In this document: piece after piece, positions 19,020 to 28,347 of the stretch
Numbering within the stretch: the first letter of the stretch is position 1
Layout: each line of letters starts with the position of its first letter
NCBI GenBank assembly: GCA_963844965.1
Contig: CAWJQC010000008.1
Coordinates: forward strand, 1 to 64,000
Reading direction: 5' to 3'
Origin: an uncultured bacterium
GTDB taxonomy: Bacteria; Patescibacteriota; Minisyncoccia; UBA6257; 2-01-FULL-56-20
Length of the DNA stretch: 64,000 bases
Made by a program: the position numbers and the translations under genes
Notes under the pieces: generated by a model
Databases searched by the model: none
The model's input: the letters and a program-made list of their open reading frames with translations, nothing else
Told to the model about the DNA's origin: nothing

Positions 19020-19835
19020 TTATTTCGTTTTCAGCGCCGCGTCAATTGCATCCGCGAACTGCTGATAAGGAAGAGCTCCGAGAAATTGCTGGCCGTTTAT
19101 GTATGATGTTGGCGTGGAATTAACTCCTGCCGCCTGCGCGTCGGCGGTGTCTTTCTGAACCTGAGCCGTGTATTTCCCAGAATCAATGCAGCTTGCGAAA
19201 GCTTTCGTATCAATGCCAACGTTGGCCGCCAGTTTCATAAACAGGTCTCTCGTCAAATAACCGCTGTTTTCTCCACGGCTATTAGATGTCTCGGCTCCGT
19301 ACAGCGCGTCGTGATAAGCCCAAAACTTGGATTGATCCTTCGCGCATTCGGCGGCGGTCGCGGCGGCAAGCGATTCGGGCCCCAAAAACGGAAAATTTCT
19401 GAAGACCATCTTCATCTTGCCCGTCTGCACGTAATTAGTCACCAAAAGCGGCTGCGTTTCGCTGAAAAATTTTGTGCAGAAAGGGCATTGATAATCAGCG
19501 TATTCTATGAAGGTGACGGGCGCGTTCGGATTTCCTAAAATTACGTCGCGGTTTCCCAATTGCGGTATGTTGCCGCCGTTTGTCGTCCCACCAGCGCCAG
19601 CGCCGCCACCAGCATTCGCGCCGACAGCAGGCAGGTTGTTCACGCCCGGAGTCGCGCCAGTATTTTTATTTAGGACCATATAAACGACGGAGCCGGCAAT
19701 CAAAACTCCGGCAATCAAAATGCTCACCGGCAGGAAATAATCCCGCTTCTTGCCAACTTCAGATGTCCCAACCATAAGTTCCGCCTCTTCGGAAACTTCC
19801 ACGCCTTCCGGCGCTAAATTATTATTTTTTCTCAT
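19020..19835 (-). CDS. DsbA/thioredoxin-family thiol:disulfide oxidoreductase, membrane-anchored.
   Basis: N-terminal TM, a CPFC active site and a thioredoxin-fold C-terminal domain. Confidence 0.8.
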   Translation of the reverse strand: MRKNNNLAPEGVEVSEEAELMVGTSEVGKKRDYFLPVSILIAGVLIAGSVVYMVLNKNTGATPGVNNLPAVGANAGGGAGAGGTTNGGNIPQLGNRDVILGNPNAPVTFIEYADYQCPFCTKFFSETQPLLVTNYVQTGKMKMVFRNFPFLGPESLAAATAAECAKDQSKFWAYHDALYGAETSNSRGENSGYLTRDLFMKLAANVGIDTKAFASCIDSGKYTAQVQKDTADAQAAGVNSTPTSYINGQQFLGALPYQQFADAIDAALKTK

Positions 19836-19875
19836 GGTAGTATAGTGGTCATATTACACCAACGCCCCCACGGGG

Positions 19876-20532
19876 TCAAGTGTGTAAAGATAGGGCGTAA
19901 TCCGCAGGAAAAAGTTTCGTTGAAATCACGAAAACGCCGTAAGTGATGAAGGGTGCCGCGAAGACGTCAATGGAATAGTGCACGTGGGCCAGGAGCACGC
20001 TCGCTCCGAAAAACACGGTAGCCAGAAGGAAGAATCTCCGCCAAAATGTCTTGTTCCAGAATATAAGTGCCATAAGAAATGGAAAACCGGTATGGGCCGA
20101 GAAAAAGTAATTGCCCTGGAACGATACAAGATTGTAAAATCCGTAACCGATATCGGTCGGATTCAAAATGATTCCCCTCGGATAAATACCGATGTGAGTA
20201 AGACTCATGAAAAACGCCCGGAAAATTATGAAAAGCGCCACCGCCTTTATGCTGAAAAGCAGATAGCGCGGTTTGGTGGCGAGCAGAAGCCACACGAAGA
20301 TCCAGAAAAGCAGCACTCCCTGCACTATGACAAAGTCCAGATTCACCACAGGAAGATTATCAAGAAACAAATCGCCGGCGAAATGAGCCGAAGTTGCGGA
20401 TCTTGTGGAATAATGGCCGGCGCTGATCTGTATTATCAAACTTAAAACAATGAGCAACAAACCCAAATACAGCGATTTCTTGTTGCGCTCCGACCAAAAA
20501 CCGCCGTAATGCTCCGCAAAAATCTTTTTCAT
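19876..20532 (-). CDS. Integral membrane protein, putatively of the PAP2 phosphatase family.
   Basis: Six TM segments. FSAHTG and HVHYSID resemble the PAP2 PSGH / SRx5Hx3D motifs. Confidence 0.5.
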   Translation of the reverse strand: MKKIFAEHYGGFWSERNKKSLYLGLLLIVLSLIIQISAGHYSTRSATSAHFAGDLFLDNLPVVNLDFVIVQGVLLFWIFVWLLLATKPRYLLFSIKAVALFIIFRAFFMSLTHIGIYPRGIILNPTDIGYGFYNLVSFQGNYFFSAHTGFPFLMALIFWNKTFWRRFFLLATVFFGASVLLAHVHYSIDVFAAPFITYGVFVISTKLFPADYALSLHT

Positions 20533-20533
20533 C

Positions 20534-20657
20534 CCGTTAGAAGCAGGTTGCGGTCAGCGCCTACCTGCAATTATTTTCATAATTTAATATTGTTTTTTAA
20601 TCCCGCAAGATATGTTTTCCGCAACGCGACCGCGCCTGCCTGCCGGCAGGGCTTCTA
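20534..20657. repeat. Element of about 124 bp bounded by perfect 12-bp inverted repeats (cccgttagaagc / gcttctaacggg). It contains the CCTGCCGGCAGG palindrome.
   Basis: Terminal inverted repeats at 20534-20545 and 20646-20657; core palindrome at 20629-20645. It sits in the divergent promoter region, and its left end abuts the PAP2-like start codon. Confidence 0.55.
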
Positions 20658-20753
20658 ACGGGACTCATACAAATTCATTATACTTTACAATATAGTTTTG
20701 GCGAAACGCTCTTCTGATTACTTATTAAACGAATAATGAGTTAAAATTAAATC

Positions 20754-21359
20754 ATGTACGCTTCGGGCCTACAGGCGATTTCACAGTGGGTAATCGCAAA
20801 CGGCTACTTATTGATGTTCGTCCTCATGCTTTTAGAAGGTCCCGCCGTCACCGCGGCCGGAGCGTTCGCCGCCGCGCTCGGGATTTTCAACATATGGACA
20901 GTGTTTTTCCTGTCCGTTCTGGGAAATTTGATACCCGATGCCATCTATTACGCCATCGGCTTTTGGGGGAGAGAAGGTGTTGTGGAAAAATACAACCGCT
21001 ACCTGAAAATCAACAAGGAGTGGCTGGGAAAGCTGGAAGCGAATTACGCCAAACACGCCGGAAAGACCCTGACCGCGGTAAAATTAATTCCCGTGCTCGC
21101 GACACCCGGACTAATCATCGCTGGCATCGCCCGCGTGCCGCTCAAAAAATATGTCTTCTGGAGCCTCGTCATAACCATTCCCAGTTCTCTCCTCTACCTC
21201 ATAATCGGTTACTACTTTGGCGCGGCTTACGGCAACATAGTCAAATACATAAAGTACGGCGAATATTTTATCGTCATTGCGATAGTCTTCTTCATATTGG
21301 TTTCCTACGCCTCAAAAAAACTGTCAAAGAAAATCTCGGAGAAGATTGAAGAAATCTGA
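20754..21359 (+). CDS. DedA/VTT-family membrane protein.
   Basis: LEGP...G...IP motif pattern and a DedA-like TM layout. Confidence 0.7.
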   Translation: MYASGLQAISQWVIANGYLLMFVLMLLEGPAVTAAGAFAAALGIFNIWTVFFLSVLGNLIPDAIYYAIGFWGREGVVEKYNRYLKINKEWLGKLEANYAKHAGKTLTAVKLIPVLATPGLIIAGIARVPLKKYVFWSLVITIPSSLLYLIIGYYFGAAYGNIVKYIKYGEYFIVIAIVFFILVSYASKKLSKKISEKIEEI

Positions 21360-21391
21360 AATCATACTTACCTAAGAGCATCATTTAAATT

Positions 21392-22594
21392 ATGCGCATT
21401 GCAATTTTTTCCGACAATTTTTACCCGGAATCATCCGGCATATCAGATACCATCATTTCTTCGGCGAAAGAGCTGGCCAAGCGAGGTCACTTGATAAATT
21501 TTTATGCTCCTACATATTCGTCCAAAAACTATCGTCTGGTCGGCCTGGAACCGAAGGAGGTAAATCTCGGCGAGAACATAAAAATCGTGAGGTTCTTGTC
21601 GTCCTCCTATCCCGCACCAGATCAGCAGGGACGAATGGTGATACCCTGCGGACTGCGAACGCTCACCATAAAAAAATTCGATCCCGACATAATGCACACC
21701 CAGCTTTTCTTCGGGGTGGGAATAGAGGCGTTAATTGCCAGTCGGCTGCTCAAAAAACCGCTTATCGGCACCAACCATACGGTAATCAAGGAATTCCTGG
21801 GTTGCAGTCCGATCCAAAGTCCCTGGTTCTTGAAAATAATACCCAAGTATATCAATTGGTATTACGAAAGATGCAATTTAACTACGTCACCTTCCGTTTT
21901 TTTGCTAAAAGATATGGAAGAGGCCGGCTTCAGGGGAAAATCGATGGTGGTCCCCAATTCCGTAGACATAAAATTTTTTAAGCTGTATGCCAAGAAGAGC
22001 AACGCCGACGTAAAGAAAAAATTCGATTTTAACTATCCGACGATAGCTTACGCCGGTCGCTTCGCCAAAGAAAAGAAACTTGATGTTCTGATAAAAGCTT
22101 TTGCCATCGTGCGGCGCACAATTCCTTCGGCGACACTGGCTCTGGCAGGCCATGGAGAAGCAATGGAATCGCTGCAAAAGCTGATTCACAAACTTGGTTT
22201 GGAAAATAACGTGAAATTCGTCGGGACATTGTCAAAGCCGAAGTTGGCAAGTTTTTACCACGCGAGCGAAATATGCGCGACCGCGAGCACATCCGAAGTT
22301 CAAAGCATTACAATGCTGGAAGCTATGGCTTCCGGCTTGCCCGTCGTCGGCGTAAACGCGCGCGGCCTCGCCGAACACATAAACGCACGCAACGGCCTCC
22401 TCGCCAAACCGGGCGACGCCGGTGGTCTCGCTAAAAATATATTGCTCCTCCTCAAAAAACCATCTCTAAGAAGAAAATTGGGAATGGGTGCGGTAAAATT
22501 CGCGGGAAACTTCAGCGCGCCGAAAATCGCGAGGCAATGGGAACGGGTTTACGAAAAAGTAATAAAAGATTACAATGGGAGTAATCGCCAATAA
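21392..22594 (+). CDS. Glycosyltransferase family 4 (GT-B fold).
   Basis: C-terminal E-x7-E region TSEVQSITMLEAMASGLPVVG. Confidence 0.8.
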   Translation: MRIAIFSDNFYPESSGISDTIISSAKELAKRGHLINFYAPTYSSKNYRLVGLEPKEVNLGENIKIVRFLSSSYPAPDQQGRMVIPCGLRTLTIKKFDPDIMHTQLFFGVGIEALIASRLLKKPLIGTNHTVIKEFLGCSPIQSPWFLKIIPKYINWYYERCNLTTSPSVFLLKDMEEAGFRGKSMVVPNSVDIKFFKLYAKKSNADVKKKFDFNYPTIAYAGRFAKEKKLDVLIKAFAIVRRTIPSATLALAGHGEAMESLQKLIHKLGLENNVKFVGTLSKPKLASFYHASEICATASTSEVQSITMLEAMASGLPVVGVNARGLAEHINARNGLLAKPGDAGGLAKNILLLLKKPSLRRKLGMGAVKFAGNFSAPKIARQWERVYEKVIKDYNGSNRQ

Positions 22595-22692
22595 CACGAA
22601 TCTTGGTTAAATAACGCGAATAAAAGCAGCAACGCTTCAAATTCATTTGCGTTATCGATTGAAAATTCGCGTTACCTGCCGGCAGGCAGGTT
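22590..22692. repeat. Intergenic imperfect palindromic repeat ending in a CCTGCCGGCAGGCAGG core.
   Basis: It shares gtaatcgccaataacRcgaat with the 24817-24837 copy. Inverted repeats aataacgcgaat/attcgcgttac. Confidence 0.5.
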
Positions 22693-22704
22693 CGCGATGA
22701 CTCC

Positions 22705-23493
22705 ATGAAATTAAGCTTCGTCATTCCGGCTCACAACGAAGAGGCCTACATAGGAAAATGTTTGTCTTCCATCATGAACCACGCGGAAGGCCGGGGTTAT
22801 GATTTTGAAATTATTGTGGTGAACAACGCCAGCACCGACAAAACCGGCAATGTCGCGAAAAGTTTCCGCGGCGTGAAAGTCGTTGACGAACCGCGCAAGG
22901 GACTATCTATGGCCAGACACAGCGGCTACCTCAAGGCCAGAGGCGACCTCATAGCCAACGTGGACGCAGATACTATCTTGCCGTCCGGGTGGATAGAAGA
23001 AGTATTTCGCGAATTCAGTGACGACGAAAAATTAATCGCCCTGAGCGGACCGATGATTTTTTACGATATTCCCGGAAGGGCGATGAGATTCTACGTCCGG
23101 TTATTTTACCATCTCGGTTTCGTAAGTTATGTTTTAAACCGCTATGTATTCCGAACGGCGTCAATGCTTCAGGGCGGGAATTTTGTCGTCAAAAAGTCCG
23201 CGCTAGATAAGATAGGCGGGTATAATATCAAATATAGTTTCGGGGAAGATGCGGACTTGTCTTGCCGCCTCTATGGCTTGGGAAAAATAAAATTCACCTT
23301 CAAACTGCCTATGTACGCTTCCGGTAGGCGAATAGCCAAAGAAGGCGCGCTTACGATGTCGCTACGATACGGCCTGCAGTATTTTTGGACCGTTATCTTC
23401 AAAAAACCGTTCACGCAAAATTTCCCCGACATTCGCACGCAAGTTAGCGGAGAAAAAGCTGTCGGACCAACAAACAATGAGCTTGGTCAATAA
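22705..23493 (+). CDS. Glycosyltransferase family 2.
   Basis: SFVIPAHNEE...VVNNASTDKT...DAD pattern. Confidence 0.8.
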   Translation: MKLSFVIPAHNEEAYIGKCLSSIMNHAEGRGYDFEIIVVNNASTDKTGNVAKSFRGVKVVDEPRKGLSMARHSGYLKARGDLIANVDADTILPSGWIEEVFREFSDDEKLIALSGPMIFYDIPGRAMRFYVRLFYHLGFVSYVLNRYVFRTASMLQGGNFVVKKSALDKIGGYNIKYSFGEDADLSCRLYGLGKIKFTFKLPMYASGRRIAKEGALTMSLRYGLQYFWTVIFKKPFTQNFPDIRTQVSGEKAVGPTNNELGQ

Positions 23494-24643
23494 ACTTAAG
23501 GTTTTTCTGCTTTTGATTGGAGACGTACTGGCTTTGTACGCGACGTTGTTCGCGGTGCTAATCCTGCGGTATGACGGTGATTTTTATGACCAATTTATAG
23601 ACAAACATTTCTTGCCATTCACCATTATCTTCGTGATTTGGATAATTATTTTTTACATAGCGGGTCTTTACGACCTCCGGCGCCTGCGGAACAACCTGGA
23701 CTTCATAAAAAATCTCGGCCTGACGCTTTTTGTAAGCGCCGCCTTCGCGGTATTTTTCTTTTATCTAATACCGGTTTTCGGCATAACGCCGAAAACAAAC
23801 CTCTTTCTGGTAATCGCAATCTTTGCCGCCGTTGAGGTTTACTGGCGCCGGACATTCAATAAATTCGCGGCCTCCGGCGAAGCACCGAATAGAGCGCTGC
23901 TTATCGGCAACACCAGTACGGCAACCGAAATAATCGGCGTGGTAAAATCCAATCCACAGCTCGGCTACGAAATCAGGAGACGTTTCGGCGAAGACGAAGC
24001 AAGCGCCTCGCCGCAAACGCTTCAAGAGCTCGTCAGCGAAAACGGAATCAACGTCGTGGTAATTCCGAGGCACTTGAAACATAATCCGCGCCTGGCCGCG
24101 AAACTTTATGGGCTGCTTACCGCCGGCGCGGAGATCCACGACCTTACGAACTTTTACGAACTAATTCTGAGAAAAATCCCGCTCGCCGATCTTGAGGAAG
24201 CGTGGTTCCTGGAAAACCTGGCAAACCGAAAGAAATTCTACGACCAATTGAAGCGCGCGTCAGAATTTCTGGCTGCGCTCCTCATATTTATCGTCCTCTT
24301 CCCGATCGAAGCCCTCATAGCAATCATAATAAAAATCACGTCGCCCGGACCCGTGATCTACAAACAAATCCGCATTGGCGAAAACAGCCGCGACTTTACG
24401 TTCTATAAATTCCGCACTATGCCGGTGGATGCCGAAAAAGATGGCGCAAAATGGGCTCCGCCGGGAGACAAAAGAGCAACAGTGTTCGGCAGATTTCTCC
24501 GCCGGACGCATATAGACGAACTACCCCAGCTTATAAACATAATGGAAGGCAATCTTTCATTCGTGGGACCGAGACCGGAACGGCCGGAGTTTGTTAAAAT
24601 ATTGAAGGAGAAAATCCCGTACTACGAAGCAAGACTCTTGTAA
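23477..24643 (+). CDS. Polyprenyl-phosphate hexose-1-phosphate (sugar) transferase of the WbaP/EpsL family. It lacks the last 57 aa because of a frameshift.
   Basis: N-terminal TM domain plus a C-terminal bacterial sugar transferase domain (KRASEFLAALL..PGPVIYKQIRIG..FYKFRTM..DELPQLINI..GNLSFVGPRP). It stops at YYEARLL. Confidence 0.85.
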   Translation: MSLVNKLKVFLLLIGDVLALYATLFAVLILRYDGDFYDQFIDKHFLPFTIIFVIWIIIFYIAGLYDLRRLRNNLDFIKNLGLTLFVSAAFAVFFFYLIPVFGITPKTNLFLVIAIFAAVEVYWRRTFNKFAASGEAPNRALLIGNTSTATEIIGVVKSNPQLGYEIRRRFGEDEASASPQTLQELVSENGINVVVIPRHLKHNPRLAAKLYGLLTAGAEIHDLTNFYELILRKIPLADLEEAWFLENLANRKKFYDQLKRASEFLAALLIFIVLFPIEALIAIIIKITSPGPVIYKQIRIGENSRDFTFYKFRTMPVDAEKDGAKWAPPGDKRATVFGRFLRRTHIDELPQLINIMEGNLSFVGPRPERPEFVKILKEKIPYYEARLL

Positions 24644-24813
24644 AACCCGGAGTCACCGGCTGGGCGCAAATCAACCACCACAAAGACACAACTGTGGATG
24701 ACGTCAAAGAAAAATTGCAATATGACATATACTACGTAAAAAACCGCTCTTTCGTATTGGATATGGCAATAATATTAAAAACAATAAGGTCGCTGTTCGT
24801 AACGCCAAAGTAA
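24640..24813 (+). CDS. C-terminal 57-aa fragment of the WbaP-like sugar transferase, in the +1 frame.
   Basis: VKPGVTGWAQINHHKDTTVDDVKEKLQYDIYYVKNRSFVLDMAIILKTIRSLFVTPK is the conserved VKPGITGWAQV...YD..Y end. Confidence 0.75.
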   Translation, partial: VKPGVTGWAQINHHKDTTVDDVKEKLQYDIYYVKNRSFVLDMAIILKTIRSLFVTPK

Positions 24814-24814
24814 G

Positions 24815-24903
24815 AGTAATCGCCAATAACGCGAATGTCGGCAAATAATGCAAATAGAAATTCGCATTATTAAAATAAATTAGCATTACTCGCGAATACT
24901 ATA
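24815..24903. repeat. Intergenic imperfect palindromic repeat, the same family as the one at 22590.
   Basis: gtaatcgccaataacgcgaat ... aataatgcaaat/aattcgcattatt ... attagcattactcgcgaata. Confidence 0.5.
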
Positions 24904-25824
24904 ATGAAAATCATCATCACGGGCGGGGCCGGATTCATCGCCTCCCACGTCGCCGACGCTTACATAAAAGCCGGCCATAAAATTGTAATCATAGACAGCC
25001 TCCTCACGGGTTTCAGAAAAAATTTGAATCCCAAAGCTAAGTTTTACAAGGCCGATATCAGAAATCTCGCCTTGATGGAAAAAATTTTCGGGCGCGAACG
25101 GCCGGAAATCGTTAACCACCACGCGGCCATCGCCGAAGTCGTGAAATCCGTGCGTAATCCGATTCCGACTTTCCAAACAAACGTTTTGGGCACCGCGAAC
25201 GTGCTTTTGTCCTTTGGCAAATACGGCCATGGCAAAAACAAAAAATTTATTTTCTCTTCCACCGGCGGCGCGATGTACGGAATGCCGAAGCATCTTCCAG
25301 CCGCAGAAACCGAAGCAACAATAACCCTTTCCCCGTATGGCCTCTCCAAGCATCTGGGAGAAGAAGTGATCAAATTCTACGCAAGGCAGTACAGCTTCAA
25401 TTATTTCATCTTCCGCTACGCGAACGTGTACGGTCCGCGCCAAAACCCGAAAGGCGAAGCGGGCGTCGTCGCAATCTTCGGCGGTCTCGTGAAAAGAGGC
25501 CTCAGGCCCACAATTTTCGGCGACGGCACTAAGGCGCGCGACTACGTATTCGTGGACGACATTGTGCACGCGAACCTACTCGCTCTCCGCCACAAAAAGA
25601 ACGAGACAGCGAATCTCGGCTGGGGGAAACTCACAACCGACCAGATGATCTTTGACACCATCGCCCGCAAAACCGGTTTCAAACAGAAACCGATATACGC
25701 GCCCTATCGCAAGGGCGAGGTCTACCGCATTTCAATTGACGCCAAAAAAGCGCGGAGGATTCTCGGCTGGAAACCGAAAACCAAATTGAACGAAGGAATA
25801 AGAAAAACTCTCGCGAGTTTATAA
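24904..25824 (+). CDS. NAD-dependent epimerase/dehydratase of the SDR family (UDP-glucose 4-epimerase-like).
   Basis: GGAGFIASH Rossmann motif and a YxxxK catalytic motif (YGLSK). Confidence 0.8.
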   Translation: MKIIITGGAGFIASHVADAYIKAGHKIVIIDSLLTGFRKNLNPKAKFYKADIRNLALMEKIFGRERPEIVNHHAAIAEVVKSVRNPIPTFQTNVLGTANVLLSFGKYGHGKNKKFIFSSTGGAMYGMPKHLPAAETEATITLSPYGLSKHLGEEVIKFYARQYSFNYFIFRYANVYGPRQNPKGEAGVVAIFGGLVKRGLRPTIFGDGTKARDYVFVDDIVHANLLALRHKKNETANLGWGKLTTDQMIFDTIARKTGFKQKPIYAPYRKGEVYRISIDAKKARRILGWKPKTKLNEGIRKTLASL

Positions 25825-25967
25825 TTGCCAATTACCGGTACCATCGCAGAGGATGTAGGACCGTTTTCGAGAGGCTGAATGATGCGACGATATGGATTCC
25901 AGCTTGCGACCGCGGATTGAAGTATAAAAAAGCGGCCCGGTATGATCGTGCCGCCCTAGGTGGATCC

Positions 25968-26186
25968 CTACAGAGAAGTCACTTTCTTGAGTTTAGAAAT
26001 AACTTGGCGAAGCCTTCTCGCGACTTCACCTTCCGTAGCGTCTTCGGCCATCGAACTGACCGGGGAACCGTGTTTGTATTGATATTCTGCTGCTTTCGCC
26101 TCTTTCTGAAGACCTCGGATAACGCTTTTTAGTTTCATTTCCGACTCCTTCAAACATCTAAACGCCTGCCGATATTTTACTTCCAT
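25968..26186 (-). CDS. Hypothetical small charged/coiled-coil protein.
   Basis: 72-aa ORF followed on the minus strand by a short stem and TTTTTTAT (about 25930-25960). Confidence 0.3.
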   Translation of the reverse strand: MEVKYRQAFRCLKESEMKLKSVIRGLQKEAKAAEYQYKHGSPVSSMAEDATEGEVARRLRQVISKLKKVTSL

Positions 26187-26195
26187 CTTTTTGAA

Positions 26196-26681
26196 AAGTC
26201 AATCACCGCGGGCTAAAGCCCGCGGCTTGTGTTCGGCTCCTGTTCCCACTGGTTTCTGATATATTCTCTCATCGCTTTTTCGTTTTGACGGCCAACGGTT
26301 TCGGCAAAGTAACCATCCTGCCACAAGCTGTCTCCCCAGAGGAATTCTTCCAGCTCGGGAAATTCTTTTCTGACAGCCCTGGACGTACCGCCTTTGAGAT
26401 AAAACACCGCTTTGGCAACCGTCAGGGTAGCAGGAATTTGAAGCAATAGATGGACATGGTCGGGCATTATCTGCGCTTCATGGATGAACCATTTATTCAT
26501 CTTGGCGGCTTGAAAGAACAATGTCTTGAGTCGCCCGACCATGTCCCCTCGCAGTATCGAGCGGCGGTACTTTGGGCAGAAAACAACGTGGTACAAACAT
26601 CGCGTATAGCTGTGGTTGCTTGGCCAGAATCCAGAGGGCATTATCTTCATTATCGCACCGGCAGAAACCAGTGGGAACAGG
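26196..26681 (-). mobile_element. IS200/IS605-family insertion sequence carrying tnpA only.
   Basis: Perfect 3' hairpin ccgcgggc-taaa-gcccgcgg (26196-26215). 18-bp perfect inverted repeats at 26239-26256 and 26664-26681. GC-rich hairpins lie upstream of tnpA. The limits are approximate. Confidence 0.5.
26213..26650 (-). CDS. tnpA: IS200/IS605-family Y1 (HuH) transposase TnpA.
   Basis: YHVVFCPKYRR ... MPDHVHLLL (HuH) ... catalytic Y region. Confidence 0.85.
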   Translation of the reverse strand: MKIMPSGFWPSNHSYTRCLYHVVFCPKYRRSILRGDMVGRLKTLFFQAAKMNKWFIHEAQIMPDHVHLLLQIPATLTVAKAVFYLKGGTSRAVRKEFPELEEFLWGDSLWQDGYFAETVGRQNEKAMREYIRNQWEQEPNTSRGL

Positions 26682-26808
26682 CAAATAAGCCCTCCGCCCC
26701 TCGCTTCGCTCGGGGCTACGGGGTCGCCTTATCCTCGGCCTAAAGGCCGGGGCTTGCGGCGGAGCGGGTCAAATGATGGCATGCAGGAGCGGACGATCTT
26801 CGAATGCA

Positions 26809-27300
26809 CTACTTAATGAACTTAAATATGCCAGAGGCGGGGCTCTGACAAACAGCACTACCCGAAGATGCGGAGCTGACATCCCAGACCGTACCCCCTC
26901 CCGTAATAGTGCTCGATCCGGAAAGTTTCATTTTTATAGGTTGGCCATATGGATAAATAGTTACAATATCCCCAGGATCAATTTTTGCTACATCGCACAG
27001 TATATTAAAATTTTCTCCACTGTACTGATTCCAATTTTTAGACGGAATTTCACCAGGGAGAATTCGTGCTACTACGTTTCCAGAACTATCGTATAAAGTA
27101 TATTTATCGGGGGCAGAAAGTAGTTTCACTTGGGATTGTAATATTGCATATTGTTTCGCATCAAAATATCCAATGATTCCAAGACCAGTAAACGATGATA
27201 GGCTTATAATTACTAAAGCCCTCTTTAACCAGCCACGTTCAATAAAATATTGTATTATGCCTGATACGATGCCCAAGATGACGAAAAAAATATAGTACAT
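26809..27300 (-). CDS. Hypothetical membrane-anchored protein in a low-GC patch.
   Basis: 163 aa with two N-terminal TM helices. Local AT enrichment and adjacency to the IS suggest it was acquired. Confidence 0.45.
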   Translation of the reverse strand: MYYIFFVILGIVSGIIQYFIERGWLKRALVIISLSSFTGLGIIGYFDAKQYAILQSQVKLLSAPDKYTLYDSSGNVVARILPGEIPSKNWNQYSGENFNILCDVAKIDPGDIVTIYPYGQPIKMKLSGSSTITGGGTVWDVSSASSGSAVCQSPASGIFKFIK

Positions 27301-27389
27301 TTTATTTCAAATAGATATGCGCAGGACAGGATTCGAATAATTGCCTTGACCTAAAACCCGGCGTCGGCTGTCTTTTTTATTCTGGCCTC

Positions 27390-27884
27390 TCAATACTTGC
27401 CGCCTTCACGCATTTTCGCTATAAGCCACGAACTGGATTGTACCTTGCCGCCGCGGCCAACATTGAACACCATTTTGCATCCGATTTTTTTACACGCTTG
27501 TATATCCCAATACAAGGAGGAATTGGGGTCTTCGGCATTCTTTTTGTTCCTATCGCCGCCATTCGCAAAGATGTCCGGTTTTATTTTCAGAAGTTCGGCG
27601 ACTACGCCCATATTCTTCGCACCAGTCGGATTGACCGGGTGCCCAGTCAGAACCACGCGGTCAACACCGGTGATCGCTTCTATAATCTCTTTCCTTTCTT
27701 TCTCCGGCATAAAGACGTAGCCTTTTTTCTTTCTCAGCCAATTGTCGTTGTTCAATATCACGATGAGCTTGTCGCCCAGCGCCCGCGCGTGCTGGAACAG
27801 GCGGACATGTCCGATGTGAATCGGATCAAAGCCGCCGCTTACGGCAACAACTGTCCCCCTTTTTCCTTTGGCGTTTTTTTCCAT
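27390..27884 (-). CDS. Cytidylyltransferase-like nucleotidyltransferase (HxGH family; RfaE domain II / TagD-like).
   Basis: VVAVSGGFDPIHIGH motif, small size (164 aa). Confidence 0.7.
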   Translation of the reverse strand: MEKNAKGKRGTVVAVSGGFDPIHIGHVRLFQHARALGDKLIVILNNDNWLRKKKGYVFMPEKERKEIIEAITGVDRVVLTGHPVNPTGAKNMGVVAELLKIKPDIFANGGDRNKKNAEDPNSSLYWDIQACKKIGCKMVFNVGRGGKVQSSSWLIAKMREGGKY

Positions 27885-27969
27885 AGTATTATCGCGAAAA
27901 AAATGCTAAATTTTAATGTATCCTGCAAGCCGGCCTGCGAACACAATTAAAATTGTATCAAAAAATTAA

Positions 27970-28347
27970 ATGTTTGAGAAAATCAAGGCGCTTCTATTCC
28001 GCAACGTCACAACCCGCCAAACAGTGGTCAAAAACACGTTTTGGTCCGGGGTAACGAACTTCGGCGGCAGAATGCTCCGCGCCGTGGTCATAATCTACGG
28101 AGCAAGGGTCTTGGGGGCCAACGAATACGGAGCTTTTTCCTACGCCCTATCTCTGGTCGCTTTCCTCACCGTATTCATAGACATCGGCATAAGCCCGATA
28201 CTTGTGAGGGAAACGGCGAAAACGGCGGACGAGCGCTACCGCTCACAGATCTATCAACCTCGCTGTTCATTAAAATCGTCCTTCTCGCGGTATGCACCAC
28301 CCTCGTCCTCGTGTTCACTCCGCTTATCACGAAAGACAGCAATATAA
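27970..28347 (+). CDS. Wzx-like polysaccharide flippase (MOP superfamily), fragment 1 of 3. Frameshifted.
   Basis: The N-terminus is paralogous to the intact flippase at 47066-48544. It is productive up to about 28250. Confidence 0.7.
   Translation: MFEKIKALLFRNVTTRQTVVKNTFWSGVTNFGGRMLRAVVIIYGARVLGANEYGAFSYALSLVAFLTVFIDIGISPILVRETAKTADERYRSQIYQPRCSLKSSFSRYAPPSSSCSLRLSRKTAI

Noticed and set aside
28041..28250. N-terminal 70 aa of the 348-aa ORF (MVRGNELRRQNAPRRGHNLRSKGLGG...)
   Set aside because: This Arg-rich sequence is the out-of-frame read-through of flippase fragment 1. Homology to the intact paralog begins only at about 28250.
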